This document shows, piece by piece, positions 48,612 through 48,653 of a stretch of 48,653 bases of DNA. A program made the translations under genes and the position numbers. Where the stretch lies: assembly GCF_001194135.2 (NCBI RefSeq), contig NC_068995.1, positions 33,669,510-33,718,162 on the forward strand, in the 5' to 3' direction. This DNA is from Octopus bimaculoides. Lineage: Eukaryota. Within the stretch, counting starts at the first letter, position 1, and each line of letters begins with the position of its first letter. The notes under the pieces are model-generated. The model saw only the letters and a list, made by a program, of their open reading frames with translations, was not told the origin of the DNA and made no database searches.

Positions 48612-48653
<42 letters not shown>
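48612..48653. repeat. (TA)n microsatellite
   Basis: Direct reading. Confidence 0.95.

Overview
Eukaryotic, repeat-rich, AT-rich genomic DNA. The SINE, MITE and LINE families look like those of an octopus genome; this is recognition from memory, not a database result. There are two assembly gaps (18900-18999, 34390-34399). The one host gene is an inhibitor-of-apoptosis (IAP/BIRC-family) gene on the minus strand spanning about 28 kb (47742->19550). I reconstructed it by hand from GT-AG sites with consistent phases: BIR1 + BIR2, three candidate short linker exons (22, 39, 54 nt), a UBA-like exon with two in-frame donors, and a terminal RING exon the ORF track misses, about 307 or 332 aa in total. 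The RING lacks most of the canonical C-terminal tail, and an out-of-frame uORF may overlap the start codon. Bases 2.2-10.8 kb are a nested stack of transposons. A Tx1/L1-like LINE missing its RT core carries solo LTRs with TGTA...TACA ends and 4-bp TSDs, some nested in each other. Next to it, a Tigger fragment plus LTR is bracketed by two identical 175-bp direct repeats. The rest is decayed RTE, R4/Dong and Tx1 LINEs, Helitron, mariner, hAT and piggyBac remnants, tRNA-derived SINEs and microsatellites, several forming long inverted pairs in the IAP introns. I found no rRNA, tRNA gene or CRISPR array. The best candidates for novelty are the atypical IAP and the nested LTR / direct-repeat block; none is proven from sequence alone.
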